Below are positions 49,244 through 54,965 of a stretch of 54,965 bases of DNA, in pieces. The position numbers were made by a program, and so were the translations under genes. The notes beneath the pieces are model-generated. The model was not told the origin of the DNA, ran no database searches, and saw only the letters and a program-made list of their open reading frames with translations. Positions within the stretch are counted from its first letter, which is position 1; every line of letters starts with the position of its first letter. Source of the DNA: an uncultured virus (IMG/VR IMGVR_UViG_3300032085_001238) (Duplodnaviria; Heunggongvirae; Uroviricota; Caudoviricetes); the IMG/VR virus record IMGVR_UViG_3300032085_001238. One strand, 5' to 3'.

Positions 49244-49259
49244 ATTCATATATAAATAT
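49244..49259 (-). promoter_or_regulatory. Putative phage late promoter
   Basis: Exact ATATTTATATATGAAT between the terminator and the baseplate operon. Confidence 0.78.
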
Positions 49260-49283
49260 TAAATTTGTAAGAAATTGTATGAA

Positions 49284-49310
49284 ATAAAAAACCCACAATG
49301 AAGTGGGTTT
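49284..49310 (-). terminator. Intrinsic terminator after the sigma gene
   Basis: Minus strand AAACCCAC-TTCATT-GTGGGTTT running into a T tract, 5 nt after the stop codon. Confidence 0.75.
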
Positions 49311-49315
49311 AGTAT

Positions 49316-50068
49316 TTAAAAGAATGAACTTGAGGTATTGAATAAAATTGAACCATTATTATAGTATTTATTTAATAGTTTTTTGTAGTGTTTTTTTAAA
49401 ACATTAACAACTGATGTTATATGTGTTGTTTCCACATCAGTCATTTCTCTAATTAAAATGTAGATTGCTTTTTTATTGAAGTTTTCTATATCTTCTCGTG
49501 CTTTCATTAAATCTATAATAGCGTATCCAATTTTTAAATCTCTATCTTTTTTAAATATAGTGTTCATATTATTATCAAAATATTCAACGATTTCATCTGT
49601 TAAAGTTATGTAGTCAGATTCATTAAACCCACTCGCTTTATGTTGCCTATCCAATGCATCCATTTTATCATGAGATTTTAATTTTTTATAATTGTTATTG
49701 TTATGGAGAATTAAATAGTTTTTAGCCACAACTGAAAAATAACTAAATGCTTTTGAACCTTTTGTGTGGTCATATTTATGCATATTCACTACCATAAAGG
49801 CTACAACTTCGTGTTTAATATCTTCAAACCCATAATCAAAATAAGTAAATTTAAAAGTATTAATTATATTTTCAGCAAGTTTATCAAAAGCTTTATGTAT
49901 TCTTGTACCATAAATTACATTTCTTTCATTATCATCAGTTGATGAATTATATTCCACAACTGCATCTTGAACCTCTTGCCCAAAATAAACTTTTCGTTTT
50001 TTCTTTTTTGTTATTTTTTTAATTTCAGCTTTAACATCATTAACTTTTTTATTTTGTTTTTTTGTCAT
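49316..50068 (-). CDS. Phage late-transcription sigma factor, T4 gp55-like
   Basis: KLAENII..FKF.Y...KYD..KGSKAFSYFSVVAKNYLI parallels the gp55/sigma region-2 motif; start moved to ATG 50068 (GAGGGAG SD). Confidence 0.72.
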   Translation of the reverse strand: MTKKQNKKVNDVKAEIKKITKKKKRKVYFGQEVQDAVVEYNSSTDDNERNVIYGTRIHKAFDKLAENIINTFKFTYFDYGFEDIKHEVVAFMVVNMHKYDHTKGSKAFSYFSVVAKNYLILHNNNNYKKLKSHDKMDALDRQHKASGFNESDYITLTDEIVEYFDNNMNTIFKKDRDLKIGYAIIDLMKAREDIENFNKKAIYILIREMTDVETTHITSVVNVLKKHYKKLLNKYYNNGSILFNTSSSFF

Positions 50069-50327
50069 TTGTAGCTCCCTCTTCAAATATCCCATCAAGG
50101 GCTAATTGAATTTGTTTTAATTGTTCAAAGAAAAAACCTGTCTCATCATCTGATTCATAATGTCCTTTAGAATCTACAAGTTTCATTTTATCCGTTGAGA
50201 ATTTTATCACTTGTTGAATTTCTAAAATTAATTCTTCGTATTGTGTTATTCTTCGTAAAGAGTAATACACCAATGTAGATGTAAAGGCACTTATTAAGAA
50301 AAACAATATTGTTAAAAATATCCACAT
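50049..50327 (-). CDS. Small membrane-anchored protein
   Basis: N-terminal hydrophobic helix followed by a helical segment; AGGAG SD. Confidence 0.7.
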   Translation of the reverse strand: MWIFLTILFFLISAFTSTLVYYSLRRITQYEELILEIQQVIKFSTDKMKLVDSKGHYESDDETGFFFEQLKQIQLALDGIFEEGATNDKKTK

Positions 50328-50335
50328 ACTATCTC

Positions 50336-51082
50336 CTAATTAGAAAACAATTCATCAAATTTATTTTTGAGATTGTCTACTTGTTTTTGTTCATCTTTTG
50401 TTTTTGGAACTTTTGTATTTATTGGTTCACCTGATTCCTCACCTCTATTCCATTGGTCGGATTCAATATGTGTAGCCATCATATCGGCTTGATGAAGAAT
50501 GTAAGCCATATTGGTTCTCAATCCAAAGTCAGGATTCCAAGACATCAAGTATGCTTTGTTAGCCTCATCATATAAACCATCCGTTAATTTAATCCCAATG
50601 TATTCCTTATCAGTAACCTTGACACCATAATGTTGAAGTAACCATAACCCTCTATCAGGTACTTTCATATATTGAAGAGCTGGATTGTGAGTATAAATCT
50701 CATCACGATTTTTTCTATGCCAGTCTGATGTTTGTGGGATATAATAGTCGTGTTCTAAATCACCAACCTTACCTAAGTCGTGATGTAAAGCAGCAAAGAC
50801 TAACTCCTCATCTGTGAAGTTAATCTCAGCTCCATTGTTTGCCCACACTTGTTTTAATTCAAGTGAGTTGCTTACAATGTGAAGAATATGTTCAACATAT
50901 CCACCGGGCATCGCGTTGTGATAATGTCCTTTAGCACTCGCCGGTGCAAACATCATTCTATCTTTGAAGTCATCATAAAACTTCATAAGGTTGTCTCTTC
51001 TATCATCACCAACATATTTATTGATGATAGCTATCAGTTCTTCCCAATTACTTTGTATTTCATTTGCTGTTAATTTTTTCAT
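50336..51082 (-). CDS. HD-domain phosphohydrolase (YhaM-like HD motif)
   Basis: PAS...YHNA.PGGYVEH...ALHHDLGK...ILHQAD. Confidence 0.85.
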   Translation of the reverse strand: MKKLTANEIQSNWEELIAIINKYVGDDRRDNLMKFYDDFKDRMMFAPASAKGHYHNAMPGGYVEHILHIVSNSLELKQVWANNGAEINFTDEELVFAALHHDLGKVGDLEHDYYIPQTSDWHRKNRDEIYTHNPALQYMKVPDRGLWLLQHYGVKVTDKEYIGIKLTDGLYDEANKAYLMSWNPDFGLRTNMAYILHQADMMATHIESDQWNRGEESGEPINTKVPKTKDEQKQVDNLKNKFDELFSN

Positions 51083-52446
51083 TATTCTCCTATATATTCA
51101 TAACCATATTTGGTAAATTTAATTTCTTTGTATTTTCTTAATGCATTTCTATAAGGACTGAATTTAATTCTAACACCCCAACCAAGATAATCTAATATAT
51201 TTTTCTTGGTTACAAAACCTTTGTCTTTAATAAAGTCTCGTATTTTTAGAACAGTTTCTGTTTCACTAATTGAATCTAATTCAAAAACATTTTTCCAACC
51301 ACCAAACCAATTAGATATTCTTTCTTCCCAAATCATATTGTCTGCTAAATCACTTGTATCATATGTGATTGGATTATCCAACATCTCATTAAACCTTTTA
51401 ATAAAATCATTTCTATCATCGTATAAATAAGGATATGGGTTTTTAGCAACACTCGTCATCTCAGGATAACATAGTTTGTTTGGTAATAAATAAGGAACAC
51501 CGACTGAGAATCCGTCAGTTGTTGAGATACTCCAAGCAGAATATGTTTGAAATGTCCCTACTCCAAATTTCATAGTGGATAAGAAGTCCATATATTCATC
51601 ACGACTTTCACAATTAACTTTTTCATTCCACGGCCTATCAACTTGTGTTAGTGTTGTGTATACTTTGAAGTCTTGTCTTTGTTCCCATATTTCATCACAT
51701 ACTTTTACAAACCATTCCCATCCAGTATAACCAGCGCCTCTATGATTGAATACAACTGTTTTGTCTTTGTAATCTTTTCTTATATTAACTCTATCAACAC
51801 CAAGATAATGTGGTTGTATAATTTTTTGTAATCTATCCAACACTCCTTGATTCCAATGTTTACTTGCTTCTTTGATTGTCAATTGTTTCAACCAATTACT
51901 ATTCACTCCACACTCGTCTTGCATTAATAAACCAGCTACACTTAAATACAATGCTCTCGCTGGGTCATCTTTATGCATTCCACCTCTGTCCCCATAGGGA
52001 GCATTTTGTGGAACTTCAAACCAATGAGAATAACCAATAAACTTTGGTGATAGATTTGAATTATTGTTTAGACAATTTGCTATCTGTAAAGTATGTTCAG
52101 GTAAATGAGTATAAACAATATCAAAATCATTTCTCTTCCAATCAACATGTTTCATAAATTGTTTTGTATTGAAGTGTTGTCTCATTGTATTGATATAACT
52201 TGGTAACTCATATATTCTTTGGTCAACATTTGGGAAGTCCAATGATTGAACAAATTCAGGTATTAGTAAAGTGAAATGAACTTTCCATCTTTTACTTATG
52301 AATGGTATTGTATGTCTTAATACTTCAACCAAACTATCTGCTTCTAAATTTTTTCTATATGTGTAATTACCATAAAGTAATATCTTATAATCATATTGAG
52401 TACTTTTATTTTTATCTACAAAGTAATCACTTACATCTTTTATCAT
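51082..52446 (-). CDS. GT-B fold glycosyltransferase (GT4-like)
   Basis: FDIVYTHLPE, VVFNHR, WSISTTDGFSVGVPYLLP..LCYPE; start at ATG 52446 (GGAGG SD, ATGA overlap). Confidence 0.75.
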   Translation of the reverse strand: MIKDVSDYFVDKNKSTQYDYKILLYGNYTYRKNLEADSLVEVLRHTIPFISKRWKVHFTLLIPEFVQSLDFPNVDQRIYELPSYINTMRQHFNTKQFMKHVDWKRNDFDIVYTHLPEHTLQIANCLNNNSNLSPKFIGYSHWFEVPQNAPYGDRGGMHKDDPARALYLSVAGLLMQDECGVNSNWLKQLTIKEASKHWNQGVLDRLQKIIQPHYLGVDRVNIRKDYKDKTVVFNHRGAGYTGWEWFVKVCDEIWEQRQDFKVYTTLTQVDRPWNEKVNCESRDEYMDFLSTMKFGVGTFQTYSAWSISTTDGFSVGVPYLLPNKLCYPEMTSVAKNPYPYLYDDRNDFIKRFNEMLDNPITYDTSDLADNMIWEERISNWFGGWKNVFELDSISETETVLKIRDFIKDKGFVTKKNILDYLGWGVRIKFSPYRNALRKYKEIKFTKYGYEYIGE

Positions 52447-53825
52447 GCTACCTCCGATTCTATTTTTGGTCTGTTGCAATCTTTACAACTAACAAAAGTA
52501 TTTTCTTCTGTAGTTTTTCCACCATGCGTCCAGGCCTTCTTGTGTGCTTTTATAACATCATCCAAGTTTATGTCTTTACCACAACCTTGACATTTCTTAT
52601 CAGCTTTAAACCACATATCCATAGCTATAGTGTCTGACACAACTCTCTTTGGGTCAACCACAGTAACACCATCACATTTTTTTAACTCTTTTAACAAGTA
52701 ATATAATCTTAATTGTAAACCACTACCACTAGCATCAAGTCTTGTTTTTTGATGGTAGTTTGTTTCCTCTATACCTTGTTTTTTTTGTTTGTCTGATACT
52801 TTACTTAGTTTTTGATGAGTATTAAAAAACCACTCTCTGAATTTATGATTGTGACTTATATTAATACCATTTTTATTATGTGAACAATATTCTATTATCA
52901 TCATTAAGTTAAGTAATACACCAAGATTAATAATCTTTCTATATTTTTTATCTTCTATCATTAGAAAAATTTGCTGTAAAATTTTATTTATTTTTTTATC
53001 TAACTTAAAGTTTTTTCTATAATTTATATTTTGATATAAATCATCAAGTGTTTTTTTAATTACACCATTTTTCTTTCCAGAACCCTCAATGTATGCAACT
53101 ATTTTTGCAAGTGCTTCATCTTGTAACATTTTTTTAAATTTTAAATTTATATATTCGCCATTTAATGATTCATCTCTTGAAAACAATTTATGTGGTTGAA
53201 GTCTAGCAGTATTTCTAATATAATCACCAGCAGATGAAACTATTGCATTTCTTTTCTCTTGTGCTGTCATATTATTCAAATCATTTAAATCAATAAATAA
53301 TTTATGAATAACCTCTTCATCCATTGAAAAACATGCCACACAACTTAAATTTTTAGTTACAAACTTTTCAGCTATATCTGGATATTTATTTTGAATTTGT
53401 GTAAAGCTCAGTCCACTAATATCAACTGTTTCGTGATAATCATTACCAAAATCAATACGAACTGATGTACCTATTGGTGTTTCAAATTTATCGTTTAGAA
53501 AATCAACACAAGTTCTTGACCTTTGTTGACCATCAATCATTTCTGATAGGTAATTATAAAATCCTTTATCATCGACAGCTGAATTAAATGGTTCTATGGC
53601 ATTAACTCTGACATATAGATTTGGAATAACCATTTCAGTTGACAGTATATTTTTTATAAGTTTTTGCTGCCACTTCTGTCTATCTTGAGCGATATAGTCT
53701 CTTTGGTATTGTGGATTCATATTAAGTTTGTTGTTTTCAAACAACTCTTTGATTTGCCCGATTGGGACTTCTATTTTAGTTTGCTTCATTTTAAAGCTCC
53801 TCTTGTTTGTTATTGTAATTTCCAT
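52443..53825 (-). CDS. DUF262 (ParB/Srx-like, GmrS-type) protein with a C-terminal HNH domain
   Basis: PQYQR, W...LI, IP, IDGQQR, F..LN; C-terminal CQGC...H...W..GG.T..EN....C..CN; alternative start at 53789 with AGGAG SD. Confidence 0.85.
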   Translation of the reverse strand: MEITITNKRSFKMKQTKIEVPIGQIKELFENNKLNMNPQYQRDYIAQDRQKWQQKLIKNILSTEMVIPNLYVRVNAIEPFNSAVDDKGFYNYLSEMIDGQQRSRTCVDFLNDKFETPIGTSVRIDFGNDYHETVDISGLSFTQIQNKYPDIAEKFVTKNLSCVACFSMDEEVIHKLFIDLNDLNNMTAQEKRNAIVSSAGDYIRNTARLQPHKLFSRDESLNGEYINLKFKKMLQDEALAKIVAYIEGSGKKNGVIKKTLDDLYQNINYRKNFKLDKKINKILQQIFLMIEDKKYRKIINLGVLLNLMMIIEYCSHNKNGINISHNHKFREWFFNTHQKLSKVSDKQKKQGIEETNYHQKTRLDASGSGLQLRLYYLLKELKKCDGVTVVDPKRVVSDTIAMDMWFKADKKCQGCGKDINLDDVIKAHKKAWTHGGKTTEENTFVSCKDCNRPKIESEVA

Positions 53826-53860
53826 TCAAATTAATAACTCCTCGTGAGTTATTTTGAATG
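53823..53860 (-). promoter_or_regulatory. Stem-loop covering the first SD and AUG of the DUF262-HNH gene
   Basis: CATTCAA AATAACTC-ACGAG-GAGTTATT(AAT)TTGAATG: 15-bp stem with a 3-nt bulge. Confidence 0.55.
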
Positions 53861-53919
53861 AAGTTAATTTTATTAACATTAATACATATGTATTTATTTT
53901 TCAAAACCATTGATTTTTT

Positions 53920-54965
53920 TTATCTTCCAACTTCACCTAAATATTTTTCTTTACATTGTTCCCAAGTCATATTCAATATATCCGAGTAATATAACATCTC
54001 AGGCTTTAATCTATTTTCTGTATGTAACTTGGTATATCTTTTTATTGCTTTTCTTTTCCACCATTTGTTAATGTATTCAGAACCTTGAGCAAACTTTGGT
54101 CTCATAACTAATTCATCAGCACCAATTTCATTTCTTAAAAAGTCTCTTCCGTTTTCATAAAATGAACTAAAGTAAACTCCTCGTTTAAATCCGTGATTGT
54201 AATGTGATTTAACAATTCCTAATTCTTTAAACATATATGAAATCAATGTTTGTTTAACTCCAGTAGGAGGACCATTCACTCCTTCTTTAGGTGTCATAAT
54301 TTTTTTATAATCATCAGCTCTTTCATCTTTCATCCAATCAAGCCAGGGTTTATAAACTGAATCATCAGGCTTCAATGCAATCTTACCAGCCGACTCACCA
54401 AGAGTTTTCCATACAGGTATTCCATTGTACATTGAATGAACACCATACAATGCTGTAGTGGTTAATCCAACTAATTCATCACCATAAGTTTTCTTCCAAT
54501 GAGCTCTTAATGATTCATCAGTTAATAACATAGCCACTAACTTACCACCAAGAAAGTTAAATCCAAATGGTTGAGTTGCTACAATGGATGTTCCAATACT
54601 TGTACATCTTAATTTACCATCTTTAAATTTATTATCTTTACTCCACCCAATGTAATCATCTCTAACACCAAGTGATGTAATATCTGAACCTAATGACATC
54701 ATACCTAAAACTTTATTAGTATTTCTATCTTTAGCAATTACTTTAATGTTTCTACCTGGATTAGCTACATATTCCATTGAATGGATAAGTCTTCTAAGAA
54801 GTGTCCAATTCTCAACTGATTGTTGATTCTTACTATCTACGATTTCAACATAAGGGTCAAGGTTTTCTATTTCCGATATTGTTAAATCTAAATTATTTAT
54901 ATCTGTTGGTTTCCATATCTTCTGAGAGAATATATCAAACTTATAAGCATACTTTTGAAAGTCAG
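53920..54965 (-). CDS. DUF4338/DruA-like protein, 5' end truncated by the window
   Basis: PGR.I...., LG..SLGS.....RD.YIGW, PFGFN.LGGKLVAML, YG..L....TT.LYG..S.YN; the frame stays open from 54777 to the window edge. Confidence 0.75.
   Translation of the reverse strand, partial: DFQKYAYKFDIFSQKIWKPTDINNLDLTISEIENLDPYVEIVDSKNQQSVENWTLLRRLIHSMEYVANPGRNIKVIAKDRNTNKVLGMMSLGSDITSLGVRDDYIGWSKDNKFKDGKLRCTSIGTSIVATQPFGFNFLGGKLVAMLLTDESLRAHWKKTYGDELVGLTTTALYGVHSMYNGIPVWKTLGESAGKIALKPDDSVYKPWLDWMKDERADDYKKIMTPKEGVNGPPTGVKQTLISYMFKELGIVKSHYNHGFKRGVYFSSFYENGRDFLRNEIGADELVMRPKFAQGSEYINKWWKRKAIKRYTKLHTENRLKPEMLYYSDILNMTWEQCKEKYLGEVGR

Larger units (their letters stand above)
1..54965 (-). mobile_element. 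Segment of a large contractile-tailed (T4-like/jumbo-type) bacteriophage genome
   Basis: gp6-, gp25- and gp5/gpV-like baseplate genes, several tail fibres, gp55-like sigma, gp46/47-like nuclease and primase; dense co-oriented genes; no cellular housekeeping genes. Confidence 0.93.

Noticed and set aside
49316..52479. Track start sites at 50098 and 52479 (and 10397 elsewhere)
   Set aside because: Downstream ATGs (50068, 52446, 10340) have SD sequences or stop/start coupling and avoid long overlaps
672..52637. Numerous plus-strand ORFs in the track (e.g. 2860..3333, 6089..6535, 10647..11156, 12438..12965, 13245..13751)
   Set aside because: They lie antisense to long, well-supported genes; they are shadows of repetitive G/S/T-rich coding sequence with no SD or recognisable motif
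1..54965. Stop-codon reassignment as in some large phages
   Set aside because: Standard code 11 gives long, tightly packed ORFs; TAA, TAG and TGA each end genes at sensible boundaries
53920..54965. Complete Druantia defence system
   Set aside because: Only a DruA-like gene is visible and there is no DruE helicase; upstream context is outside the window

Overview
This AT-rich window is part of a large, probably contractile-tailed (T4-like/jumbo myovirus-type) bacteriophage genome. Nearly every gene is on the minus strand. Reading in transcription order (right to left): (1) 54965-49316 holds a putative DNA-modification/host-interaction cluster (DUF4338/DruA-like protein, DUF262+HNH GmrSD-like protein, GT-B glycosyltransferase, HD hydrolase) ending in a gp55-like late sigma factor and an intrinsic terminator; (2) 49220-23347 holds a baseplate/tail block (gp5/gpV-like hub, gp25-like, gp6-like, DNRLRE and LamG-like proteins, two paralogous giant proteins, one with a Hint/intein-like domain); (3) 23339-18683 holds a replication/recombination cassette (RuvC-like, primase, fused SbcD-SbcC); (4) 18407-1605 holds a tail-fibre/tailspike block built from shuffled modules, with an embedded GAMT/RMT2-like methyltransferase; (5) 1549-1 holds a P-loop kinase, an MscS-like protein and an exported protein. 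A 15-bp motif (sense ATATTTATATATGAA) precedes the structural operons and is the likely late promoter. One small ribbon-helix-helix gene missed by the ORF track is the only convincing plus-strand gene. No rRNA, tRNA or CRISPR array was seen. All calls come from motif recognition by eye, not from database searches.
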